A DNA stretch of 64,000 nucleotides from Octopus bimaculoides. Taxonomy: Eukaryota. The DNA lies in NCBI RefSeq assembly GCF_001194135.2, contig NC_068982.1, positions 111,972,551 to 112,036,550 on the forward strand, written 5' to 3'. The position numbers were made by a program, and so were the translations under genes. Under the pieces are notes generated by a model that saw only the letters and a list, made by a program, of their open reading frames with translations, had not been told where the DNA came from and ran no database searches. How positions within the stretch are numbered: position 1 is the first letter of the stretch; the number at the start of each line of letters is the position of its first letter. Of this stretch, positions 1 to 12,536 are shown piece after piece.

Positions 1-38
<38 letters not shown>

Positions 39-51
39 TATATATATACGT

Positions 52-87
<36 letters not shown>

Positions 88-837
88 ATATATATATATA
101 CATACATTTATATCAAAATAAGCATAATCCTTTAGAAACTATGATCCCTGTGGCCTTCATGCCATTCTTGGAAGTGTCTTTTGTTAACTACAATTGCGAT
201 AACATGAATTTCTTCCATCTTATTTGTCTGTTAAAGTATTTGATAAAAATTATTTTGTGTCCAACTGGTTATAATTCTATTTAATTGTGCAACTGATGAT
301 GGCACTGCATTGAAATTGATGTAATGATTGGATTGTTCAATAAAATGGTGCCGCTTGAAACGGTCTTACTGCATCACGACTTGATATTCTTTTGCTTATT
401 TTGATTCTATTCACCTTACTTCGAACTGTGTGGTTAATACCGGACTGATTTGGTGCTTCAAATTAAGTACCTAATCCCACCGAATCTCAATCATTTCTTT
501 ATATATGTGTGTATGTGTGTACGCGCGTGTGTGTGCATGTGTATGTGTGGGTGTATAGGAATGTTTGTGTTTGAGTCTATGTGTGTATGTGTGTTTGAGT
601 GTATGTGTGTATGCTTGTGTGTGCCTCCACGTGTGAGGTTGTGCGTGTGTGTGTGTATGTTTGTGTGTGTGCGTGTTTGTGTTTGTATGAGTTTTATTCA
701 AGTCACAACTGGACCCGAGTGTTATATTTCATATTAAAGACTTTTTTGTATTTCCATATGAATTTCATGTTCAGTTCGGCATAAGTTTCTGTGGTCTTTA
801 AAATAGCAAGAGCATTCGCTTTCATATTATAAATAAC

Positions 838-898
<61 letters not shown>

Positions 899-1050
899 GT
901 CTCTCTCTCACACGCACACACAAATACACATGCACGTATACACACACATACACACACATATATATACATGAATAGATACACACATAACTATATATGTTTA
1001 TATATATATAAACATGTACATAATATATATATATATATTCGTCTGTGTGT
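1..1050. repeat. Microsatellite cluster: (TA)n, (TATC)n, degenerate (TG)n, (GTCT)n at 838-897
   Basis: Directly visible simple repeats; they explain the ORFs at 450-981. Confidence 0.95.
120..400 (+). mobile_element. Probable decayed 3' end / pseudo-LTR of a Penelope-like element with a degenerate hammerhead-like motif
   Basis: Sequence near 131-160 reads L-E-T-M-I-P, then after a frameshift G-L-H, resembling the LxTxxPxGLN C-terminus of PLE ORFs. It is followed by CTGATGA (293-299), paired arms GGCAC (301-305) / GTGCC (348-352) and GAAACGGTC (357-365). Confidence 0.4.
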
Positions 1051-1461
1051 GTAAATGTGTGAGTATGAAAACTTTACCTATTTCTGTTTTATTACGCATA
1101 GGGAAATGGTCGTGTCGATTGCTTGAAATACTCTATCGATTAGGAAAATGGTGATTATAAACGAAATTATTATGTCTAACATGACTCAAGAATAATTATA
1201 TGTCAATTTATTGTAAGACAACGACTTGCAATATTGAAGAATATAATCATTAGAGGAGTATAGAAAAAAGAAAAAAGATCTCAATGAGAGGTTGGACTTG
1301 AAAGAAGCCTAATATGGCAAGGGTAGAAGAAGTCTAGACAGGTTGGAAGTAGATTTTTTTGACCATATCGGCTATGTATGTAAGACCTTTTGAGTGATAT
1401 TTTTCCCGAAAGAGGCTGCAATAAGACAATTTTCTTTAAATAATGTATTCATGTCTTATAG

Positions 1462-1554
1462 CGAATCAACATCAGCTCAGGACTGAAATATATCTTAGCT
1501 TGGAAGAGATTCCCATATAACTTTATTAAAGATTTGAACAAAAGTCAACAACAG
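1462..1554 (+). other. Candidate internal exon (93 nt, phase 0-0), RINISSGLKYILAWKRFPYNFIKDLNKSQQQ, unidentified
   Basis: Acceptor ...tcatgtcttatag at 1461 and donor CAG|GTGAGC at 1555; one open frame. No recognisable homology. Confidence 0.2.
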
Positions 1555-2779
1555 GTGAGCAGAGGCCCATAAATAGGCCACAGATCTTTATTATAGATAT
1601 TTTAATACTTAATGTATTTGTGGGTCATTAGAAGTTGGTAAGTTTTTGAGAGTGTCTCGCGTCACGATTTGTTTGAAATTTCTATTCTTACATAGAATTG
1701 ACAATATTGACATTAAGGGATATGTGCTTCTTTTGCTATGTAAAACATGATACTATTATACACGCGAATCATGGGAAAATGTGAAAAGAATAAAAAAGAA
1801 GCAGTAATTTCAATAAAAAAAAGCAATTGGCTGGGAATATTAAGAATTTGAACCATGTAAACGTGGGCGGTATCTTCTGCTGAACCGATGACAAGGAGAG
1901 AGTTTTCTCAGTAAGTGAAGACAATCACCTGGTGTGTTTTCCTAGTATATTTGACCCTCATGCTGCAGTTGGTTAGCCCCACCCCGCCCCGCAAACAAGC
2001 CCTGATCGAACAAACTTATCAAATCTTTAGTATATGAAGCGGTGAAGATTTACCATAATCGAAGAAGAGCAAAATTCGGAAGGAAGTTCAAACAACAATT
2101 CTTGAGTTAATGTTATGAAATTACACACACACACACACACATATATGTATGTATGTATGTACGTATATATGTATAGGTATGTATGTATATTTATATGTGA
2201 AATAGGGACAACTGAACTGAAAATTGTATAAATTAAATGGATGAATGAACCTTGGAATAAAGTGATTTATGGATATTTGTTTCATAATGGTATATAATGA
2301 TATATGCCATATTATCCGCGACAAACTGAAAGCGATAAATATAGTTGATAGAAGTTAAAAATACATGAACAACAAATAATATTAATTAGACATATAAAAG
2401 TAATAAACAGCAGTAAAAAATTCATTAACACAAATATGTTAGGACCATAGAAATATAAGTACATTCTAGTAATTTACTTTTCTCATTTTAAAACTGCCTG
2501 GTTTAAGATAGTAGACGGCTGATGGTAAATTCTTGACGAGATATGTCCGATAATCCATTTCGACCATCTTTGAAACTTGTTTCTTTCACTGTGAAAACGG
2601 ACCTGCTTGAGAAAAACATGACTGTCACATATTCTCTTTTCTTCTATCCAAAATGTTGACACCATATGCCTTTATAAAAGTATGGCCTGAAAGAAGCAAC
2701 TTAAGAACTTGAAGAATAAACGTATTGCACATGCATAATAATGAGTCGAAGTTTCTTTTTATAAACACTAAATATCAAT

Positions 2780-3082
2780 ACAGTTCCATATTTAGGAGAT
2801 GAGGAATTATTTACATTATTTAATTATTTACATTATTTACATTCGACGGATATTTGGTCCTCATCTTCTTTGTCGTTAACACAACGTTTCGGCTGACATA
2901 CCCTCCAGCCGTCATCAAGTGTCTTGGGGAAGTTTCGAACCTGGGCTCTCATTCCTAAGGTATTTTTCGATGTTGTTGTTGTTATTATTATTATTATTAT
3001 TATTCAGGTCACTGCCTCGAATCGAACTCGGAATCTTGGAGTTAGTAGCCCGCGCTCTTGACCACTACGCCATATGCCCGGG
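2780..3082 (-). mobile_element. tRNA-derived SINE-like element with a hammerhead-ribozyme-like 3' region
   Basis: Minus strand reads GGGCATA-TGGCGTAGTGG (A box)...GAGTTCGATTC (B box), then a (TAA)n/(CAA)n spacer, a unique body with a hammerhead-like motif and a (TGTAAATAA) tandem tail. Confidence 0.85.
2878..2923 (-). ncRNA. Minimal type I hammerhead ribozyme-like motif (C3 to U variant in this copy)
   Basis: Minus strand: GACAC (stem I) - UUGAUGA-C - GGCUG [10-nt loop] CAGCC (stem II) - GAAA - CG - UU - GUGUU (stem I'). The palindromic ACGU stem III is typical of minimal, dimer-acting PLE hammerheads. Confidence 0.65.
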
Positions 3083-5909
3083 CAAAATACAGAAGTTACT
3101 GTGATGTCCATGCTCCTCTGTATGTATGTATTTTTTTGGTGGAATTATAAGTAGCGGTCTTGGAGATGGATTTAGGCTCAATTTTAGGCCCTAATGAAGA
3201 TATTCAACGAAGTAATGTGAAAGAATGAGTACCTATTAACATCTTTACGTCTACAAATATGTACTTTCTTTTAACGAAGCAATCATTAATTTTTCAAGAT
3301 TTCTGCCGCAGAAAACTGTATAAACGTGTGGAACAAACATTAGGTGAGCTGAATTCAGTTGTGGCATAATCATAATACTTGTTAACATAATATGTTGGCA
3401 GCATCAATATATGAACTTGGCAAGCGGTTCAGCATACTGTTGATTCATCCATACACATTCTTCTAATATAACGTGCCATAGCATATATTCAGTCCTTCAT
3501 CAAACTATGTAGGTCGGTGGCACTAACCTTAAGTAATTGTTATTGATTTTTGTAAAAATATGTAGTGAAGGATTATACTGTATACGATTGATCAAGTACC
3601 TGACTAGTGCTTGTTTCATCATACCCGGAAAGGTGACAAGCACAGTCAGCTTTAGTACGATTTTGTAAAGAGATATAAGTAGATAGTAGTGTCTTTTTAT
3701 TTGGCAGTTTATAGTCTTGTAACTTAAAATGGGTATGAAGGGTAAAACATGGTAGAATCGAAAAACTACAAAACTTTACATAACTTATCCTCTTTAGCTA
3801 AAATTCTGAGTTCAGATCTCGACGGTACCATTTTTGTATTTTACCTTGAAGGTTGGATCAAAATGCACCAATGATATACTGCGCTGCACTTCGACATGAT
3901 AAATTCGTGGCCTCTTGGGGATGGAATAAATCAATATTACTAGAATATAATAATGTAATATAGTAATGAACATCATGCAATGCCTTTATTAGCTTGTGTT
4001 AATATGTAGTCATTCTCTATATATGTGAGTGTGTATTATTTCTATTTCATAGTAGTGTTTAATGCAGAAGATTTTCAAAAGTATTAAATTAAAATGAAAA
4101 TTAAAATGTACCCAAAACAACAATTTAATTATAAGAATAAAAACAACTTCAACAATAATAAAAATAAAAGCAAAAATACTGTTAAAATGTGACGCTAAAC
4201 TTTTCATGTTTCGCAAATATGTTTTGCTTTGTTTAGTTGTTGTTTAATATGGTCTCTAGTGGGGTAGAGAGAGGAGATACTAACAGCAAAAGTAGTAACA
4301 ACGAACACGAACCCTACCAAATTTTTTAAATAAGAAAACTGATTAAAATAATGTAAAATATAAGAGGGGGGAAATGATTAAAACAAAGAGGCACAGCACT
4401 TGGCTCAGAGCGTCGTGATTTGATAAATAAAACATAAATGACATCAACAAAAGCACCATTATCAACAATAACAGCAACTACAACTAATTTGCTATGCTAG
4501 TGTTGCAAACCAACAGGAACTACTGAATATCGATTAGCTCCAGATAAAGTGTTGTTACAAACAAGTGTTTTTTGACATGTGGAATTCTTCAGGGAAAAGT
4601 CGAGGAAAAAGGTGATATGTTCCTATAGGTTTTTCAGCATAAAAGTTGGAGAACAGTGTATGACAGGATGAGTGCTCTGGAGCAGGGCATGCGAAGCACG
4701 TGTCAGGTCTTTAAGAGTGAGGACAAACGAAACTAGAAAAACCATGCTAGTGTCGCATTGTGTGGAAAAAAGACATACAAGGGTCGCAGCAAAAAATAAT
4801 ACTAGTTTTAACGTTGGTCCATGAGCTATCACCATTTTTGTGCAGATCTCAGTTAGACGATGCACGTGGAAGCTACCTACAATAATATATGGTTGGGTGA
4901 GGTCCTGCAGAGTCCGGAAAACCACAAGGTTATCCCAGAGCCATAGGCAGCTCAGGGAGCGAAAAGGAGGTCGATCAAATTTCTAGTACAGCACAGAAGG
5001 CTCAGTTGCTTGTGATATGCTAATGGCCACAAGGAAAAGAGAAAAAGGAAAAGAAGGCGGCTGTACCAAACTAGTAGATTCAGCGATAACAAGAACGTCA
5101 AGTCACAAGGATGACTACCATGGTTGTAGTTTGTAGTTCATGACTGGTCACAGCTCCAAGAATAGCTACTGAGGAAGCAAAAGATATCCTCTCATTCTGA
5201 TTATCAAGAACATCGGGAGGAAGTGGGCAACGATGATCGAGGACCCAATAGGGCCTTCTCCACTGGCTCGATTTCGGCTAGAGGTTGTGAACTGCGGTAC
5301 ACTACCATCATCTCGCGGTAACAGTAAGAAAATGCTGGGTGTCATGAAAAATTATTGTGTACAGTAATAAAAAATAGCAGAGGAGAAGAGAATAAACTCG
5401 ACAAAAAATGAGTAAAAATTTCGAAAATCCTCACAAGTAGGCGATAACCTGCTATGGAGTAACTGAATTTTACGGTAATTCGGTAGGAAAAAATCTTAGT
5501 TCCTTTAATGATAATCTTAAAATGCATTAAAATCATACTTAGAAGAAGGAAAGAAGTATTAGTCGCCTTTAAATGATAAATGGTTAGTGAAAGCAATGAT
5601 AATGATGTATCAACTGCTGAAGTAACACAGCCCATAGCATGTAGGGGCTCATTATGGTTTCTCTGAGGACGAAAACGTTCAGGGGTAATACCGAAACAAA
5701 CTGTTTGCAGAGGGTGCGCTGTTGCTATCTAGGTAGCAACTATTCGGGCCTGTCTTGGTTTTAACACACGCACACACACAAACACACACACAAACACACA
5801 CACACAAACGCACGCGCGCGTATGCATGTACATAATACATGTATATCGCCACATATTTTTTTACTGACTTTCTCTGACACGATTAAATTCGTAGCCAGTC
5901 ACGAAAGCA

Positions 5910-6075
5910 TCATCATCGTCACCATCAATATCATCTTTACCACCACCACCACCACCACCATCATCATCTTTACCACCATCACCACTAACAACAACAACAT
6001 CATCATCTTTATCACCACCACCACCACCACCATCATTATCTTTATCACCACCAGTACCACCATCATCATCTTCAT
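5910..6075. repeat. Compound (CAC)n/(CAT)n trinucleotide repeat with a recurring CATCATCTTT unit
   Basis: Directly visible; explains the ORFs 5822-6265 (+) and 5861-6172 (-). Confidence 0.9.
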
Positions 6076-6269
6076 TATTATTGAAGCCCAGTATACCCAT
6101 CATGACTACATGTCTGATAAGGGTACACCAGGCACATGCATCACAACCATATGTGCGCAACATGGTGATCACATATCAAAACAAACAGCGCATGACCTTG
6201 CAGGTGGGGGTCAAGTTAAAATTTTCTTCAGGTCGAGTAGTCCATTCCATTCAAAAGGACCCTGAATAA

Positions 6270-6555
6270 CGTTTGTTTTAAAGATGAAGAACGTAACACC
6301 CATGTTTCCAGAGGTGAATTATTCAAACCTCAAAGAAGTCCTCTCAACACATGGCTATGATGCTCCCCTACTACTTCTGCTCGTGATCAGGGATGCACAT
6401 ATCCTCAGACACCAAGGGACATGCTCAGCTTGTTAAGGTCAGACAACTGCATTGAGCAGAATATTTGCTGTAACCCATCTTTTATATCAAGACAAAACAA
6501 TATATATATCATAACATTTCCAATCAGTTAAGATCAGAAGCCATGAGAGCCAGTG
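6270..6555. mobile_element. Dispersed SINE-like repeat fragment
   Basis: Non-coding segment (..gtcagacaactgc..agaatatttgctgtaacccatc..cagttaagatcagaagccatgagagcc) that I recognise as a common octopod interspersed repeat. Family not assigned; not verified by search. Confidence 0.45.
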
Positions 6556-6674
6556 CCTGGTATTGCATCAGGGCATTGCAGTCTTAATAATATTATTAAG
6601 GCGGCAGAATCATTAGCGCGCCTGACAAAATATTTCTTCCGGTGTTATGTTCTCAGTTCAGATTCTGCTGAGCT

Positions 6675-6791
6675 CGACTTTGCTTTCCATCCCTTCGGGG
6701 TCGATAAAGTAAGGACTAGCGGATCATTGGGGCAATGCAATCGACTAAACCCCTCCCGCCAAATTGCTGGCCTTAGGTTAAATATAGAAAG

Positions 6792-6825
<34 letters not shown>
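6675..6825 (+). mobile_element. SINE central/3' fragment (CORE-like) ending in a (TAA)n tail
   Basis: TTTGCTTTCCATCCCTTCGGGGTCGATAAA motif; related remnants occur near 53685, 60050 and 61070 (reverse). Ends in (TAA)n at about 6793-6825. Confidence 0.65.
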
Positions 6826-7265
6826 CAATGCCTACCTACAAAGAACTACCAGGCCAACATATTAAAGAACGGCAGCTCCCCATTATGTCGTATATGCCAA
6901 CAACAAAATGAGACCATCGATCATGTTGTCTCCATGTGCAGTCTGCTTGCGCCTACAGAGTATCTCAACAGGCATGATAGAGCCGNNNNNNNNNNNNNNN
7001 NNNNNNNNNNNNNAAGTCCAAAAGATAGTGCTCATGGGAACTGCCCATATCCTACGTAAAATACTGTCTATGTGATCTCAAATTTTAAAGCAAACATAAT
7101 TTTCTTATGGTTTCTTAAACATTCACTTGAACAAAACTGTACAAATCCAAATATATGGTACCCTAGGCATAACACCTACATGAACTTCTAACTTGTTGTC
7201 TCTTGAGGTCTCTGGGTGAGACTTGGATCCAACTTGTACAAATGCAAAACAAAAGTCAAACATAA

Positions 7266-7304
<39 letters not shown>
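6826..7304 (+). mobile_element. 5'-truncated R4/Dong-like non-LTR retrotransposon (C-terminus of an RLE-type ORF plus 3' UTR)
   Basis: Translation gives CRICQQQNETIDHVVSMC...LAPTEYLNRHD (CCHC knuckle and RHD motif of RLE-type LINEs). After the gap it reads VQKIVLMGTAHILRKILSM* (7016-7075). The 3' UTR runs into (TAA)n, and the 5' junction is also (TAA)n. Confidence 0.85.
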
Positions 7305-7305
<1 letters not shown>

Positions 7306-7835
7306 TATAGTAGTTGCATTAGTAGTGGTTGTACTAGTAGTAGTTATGTTTATTGGAAAACAGCTAAGAAGACTAAGGGTTGAGGAGGAAGGGACTGCAG
7401 AATTATAAAAAGAAAAAAGCCAACAACAAACACACAAGTGCATAAGATTATAATAGTGAATTCATACATTATTTCTATTGAAATTGTGCATACGTACACA
7501 TATACATATACATACGAAATCCTATTCCCACAGGCGCACACATGCACATACTCCCCACGCTCTGTACACTTACTGACACACACACATACAAAACGCACAC
7601 AGACGTACACATAAACACGCTTAGAGATATAATATTCATCGATCCACTTATTAATAGGCAATCGACTGCATGCATATTTATGTACATACCCATACATACA
7701 ATTATGTAGCTATATATATATATCTTCATATCTATCAATCGCCTTTTTCCTTTCGCGAGATATAGTTTCCACACCCCTATACGGAAGCTCACACCCACAC
7801 AGGTAACAACACCTCCACACATAGCGTCACTCCTA

Positions 7836-7837
<2 letters not shown>

Positions 7838-7876
<39 letters not shown>

Positions 7877-8318
7877 TATATCTATGTATGGATATATATA
7901 TATATGTATTTGTATATATACAGATACATACATACAAACATACATGTATATATACATACTTATATATATACATATATATATATACATACATATATACATA
8001 CGTACATATATACATACCTACATACATATATTTATACATACAGATACATACAGATACATACATTTATATTTATACATACACATATTTATACATACATACA
8101 TATTTATAGTCATATATATATACATAAATATATATTTATATACATATATATATATACATACATATATATATATTCATATACATATATATATATGCATATA
8201 TATGTTTTATGAATATATATGCATATATATATATACATATATACATATATGCATGCATATATATATGTATGCATATATATATATGCATACATATATACAT
8301 ATATATGCATACATATAT

Positions 8319-8366
<48 letters not shown>

Positions 8367-8470
8367 TACATATATACATACATACATATATATATATAAG
8401 CATATATGAATTTCTCTATATATATATTCACGTATATGCATATGTATATAAGCATATACACAGAAGCATA
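7838..8470. repeat. Long compound (CA)n/(TA)n/(TACA)n microsatellite
   Basis: Directly visible; source of the many overlapping YI/HT-rich ORFs. Confidence 0.95.
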
Positions 8471-8686
8471 TACACAAAGACACACAGACACATACACATT
8501 GTGAATAAACAGAGGTATTCAGTAAATTAACACCTGAAAGAAACTTTCAAAAAGTTTAATATATCGCCTGAGTTATCAATATCTATATAAACGTCAACAA
8601 TGCGCCAGTTGTTAGGGGTGGGCTCCTATTATTTCAATTAATATATGAAGAAAAACGAGATAGAAAAATAGAAAGACAGAGAGACC

Positions 8687-8739
<53 letters not shown>

Positions 8740-10637
8740 GTAAATAGATAGACAGACTGTTAAAAGAATAGATATTGCTTGGAAGAGTAGGAGTGAGAGA
8801 CATAGAGACAAAGAGGCATATAAACAGGCGTGTACACGCACACACGCACATACGCACACGAAGTCATATACAGATATAAATATAGTCATAAATATATGCA
8901 TAAATACATGCAGGAATTTGAATTTTACTTTACCCAGTGCCCTGGAGAACAGATTTCATATTCCTTCAGAGCTGTACCAATCGTTATGATCAGAAACGAG
9001 CGTCAATGAATTCGAGATTCTAATAAAAAAAAATAAACCCTGCCCATACAAGCAACGCATTCATACATTTGTTTATCGACCGCTTGGACAAAGTTTCCTA
9101 TATTTATGTATAAAAGAGATGATTCCTCTCCCCAGACAGCAAGGCTAGACTTTTTCAAGGTCATAATATTTCACCATGGGTGAGGTGTGGGTAAATAGAT
9201 TTATTAATTGTTTAGTATCTACTGTTTATGTTAACTAACTTGTTTAAATGCTGTTAAATTTTACCAATGTTGCGTGCAGTTAATTCGTTGCTTGGTTTAA
9301 CATCTTTGTGTGCCTTTAGCAGAGTCTATCCTGTTACCAACAATCGGGCCAAGTCCACGCTCGAAGGTTAATTTCCTTCGCTCATCTCTCTCATCATTGA
9401 AAGACCCCAAAAGTTTTATAATGTTGACCTTCGTCTCCTGACTAAACCGTTATAAAATGCGTGAAATCTAATGTTTGTTAAAGTACAGGGCAAACTTTAT
9501 ATTTTAAAATTCCGTTCACATGCCTTAAGATGGGCATAGAGTTTGCTTACGAAGATATATATATATATATATATATATATTGCCAAAATAGAGTATCATT
9601 ATTTTTGCATCTAGTTTCTCTTGAGCTTTTGTTTGCTGGGCTGAAGCTTTACTATAAGCAGGCAACTGTACATTATTACTGTTGTCTAACCTCAGGTCAG
9701 TTCTCATTGATCGGTCCTACATTGAAAGGCCTTTCAGCCGTGTGCGCCCAATTAATTTTGTAAACAATATAATTAGGATTATATTATTTAATATTACTTT
9801 CCATGTTGTGATGATACGAACATTTAACTATTTTAGAAAGCAGAGTCTGTCTCTCAAGTTGTGTAAAGGAAAATAATGTGGAAAAGAAAGCTTGATCAGA
9901 GGTCTATAATAACGACACTCTATCCTGAATCACATGTCTCAGGTTTTGTTTTCTTTCTTTCCATTGTGAATCTATTCGGTATTTAAAATCTTTCCATAGC
10001 TATTATTGATAAGATAATTTGTATTGCTTTTTTTTTTTTATAGATTTCAACATTAATTCAAACGTTTATATTTGACATTTAAGAAGATAATAATCTTTAA
10101 TTGAAACGATCCGTTGTGAATTTATACTTTAAATAAGTAAGGAATAAACTAATAATGGCAGCATATACGTACCATTGGTACTTATATTCCTTACCCAAGA
10201 ACAAGCAAAATCTAAGTTATCAACAATTGAACGTTCAAAAAGACAAAAAGATAAAACAAAACAAGACACAATACACCATGAATTATCTGGGATGGCTCAT
10301 TGCCATAATATTAAGAATTAATTAGAAAAGCTACCATTAAGTAGATTATTATGACGGTATCATAGTATCTTATGACTCATTCAATGGAGAGCTTTTTCGT
10401 TGTCTTTCTATAGAGGCACGAAATTCAAGATTTTGAGAATTTGCATGAATAGCTAGTGATTTCCAGGCTATTATTAAGGACATGAGCACTATAAATTGAA
10501 AGAATTGTTACAATCAGTCCATGCCAGATTACATTACAAACTGGACTTGCCAAAAGCTCGACTTATATGGTAAGTAAAACTGGATGTATAGGTACATATA
10601 AACTTACACACACACACAAATCTTTATATATATATAC

Positions 10638-10684
<47 letters not shown>

Positions 10685-12445
10685 NNNNNNNNNNNNNNNN
10701 NNNNNNNNNNNATATATACATTACATATATGTATATAAGTGTATGTATGTATGTATGAGTATGTATGTGAAATTTAAAATTACTTCTTGAGTATAAATAA
10801 CTTATTGCATTTGGCTTATGTACAATTAATTATTCATATTTAAAAAAAATTGATTTGTATCTAGATTTTACCAACCAAGAACAAATATACTACTTCCAAG
10901 TTCCATCACACGTGAATACATATTTATATATAAGACCCAATTTCTTTTAATGTTTCCCAGTTTTATTAGGGGCCAATTAGGCAAACTTTATACGGCCTTA
11001 CGATCCGAAAAGAAAATAGTAGTCGAATCTTTCTCCTATCCCACTCCACCATCTTAGAATGAAGGACAAACCCTGGCAGTTATAGCTACTCTCAGAATAT
11101 GAAATGATCATAGTTGGAAAGCTTTTATTCGTAAATCTATTTGATCGGGGACAACCTGGGGCTAAAGAGCAGCAATAACAATAAAAGTAGCATGCATTTT
11201 GGCTCGCAGCGTGGAGAAATGAGCAAATGCTTGTTAAGTCGATGCATCAACCAGTTTCGATTCTTAGTTGATACATGTCTGTTATATTAACTCATCAAAT
11301 ATTAGGAAAACAGTGAATGACCACTGCAAAATCTTTTAACTACATACCACCAAAATACGAAGAATTGTTTCAACCTCTTGAAAGGAAACGTATATTCGCA
11401 TATTGAACGCTGGTTGGTCGGCAGATAGCAGAAATATATATGTCTTACAGTATTTTATCTTAACTAAATATTCGAACACTCTCAAGATTAATAAAATTAG
11501 TACCAGTAATGTACTAAGGTCAAATTAACCATCAGATCCTCCCACTGCTTCTTGTAATGTCGATCTACTTAAATCACAAATCGATACATATAAAAAAATA
11601 TCTTTTTTGGCTGATGGAAGTTAAGAAGAAGAAAAAAAGGTGAAACGAGTTACTTCCACTTTATCTAATATATTTATATTTCCTAAACACTTCACGTTTA
11701 GCTAACATTAAATCGATAGTTCTTCAATATTTTCAGCAATCTTGCAAAGACTGGTTCTAAACATTGCATAATTTAATTTATGAAAGTTATTCATTAAATG
11801 GTACGCGCGCACAAACACACACACACACACACGCACACGTACACACAAGTGCACAAATAGATATACTTAGTAAAACCAACAAACGAACATATACAGACAT
11901 GCATGTTAAGTACAGACATATAAACACACGCATGCACATACTCACACACACATTTATTCACATACATACATTCATATACATACGTATACACACACACACA
12001 TACACATATGCGTGCGTGTGTATGTATGCATGTATATGTTCCTCTATGTGCGTGTATAAATATGATATTTCGTAGTTATGAATTTGTGAATTTTAGTTCA
12101 TAAAAATCTACTGTGTTATATAGAACGACAGAAAAGGAGAGAGGAGAGGAAGTGCGGTGGGGGCCTTAGTTATAAGAATAGAGTCAAAATCGAAAAAGGG
12201 ACATAGTAAGAAAAAAAAAAATGACAAATATATTTATGGCGCGGCAAATAAGAATATCACACAATACTAATGGCAGCTTCTGAACATCATTTATCTACCA
12301 GGAACATAAACTTAATAAGGACGTAGCTAAAACGACAGGGAAATAGCTACGACTGCCTTACAGTTTCTGCTAATCCGCCCATCACGGGCAATAGGAGCTT
12401 TTGCTTACATGCTTGTATATAAATAAATTAATCAANNNNNNNNNN

Positions 12446-12536
<91 letters not shown>

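Noticed and set aside
3005-3080. Functional tRNA gene
   Set aside because: Acceptor and anticodon stems do not pair properly, and it is fused to a repeat body; it is a SINE head.
4620-5330. GC-richer segment suggestive of a decayed TE or coding region
   Set aside because: No recognisable motif in the frames I translated; stops throughout.
5655-5720. CTGAGGA...CCGAAAC hammerhead-like spacing
   Set aside because: No convincing stem II or stem I pairing.
8935-9022. Minus-strand acceptor/donor pair that could follow the 14356 exon
   Set aside because: All three frames contain stops.
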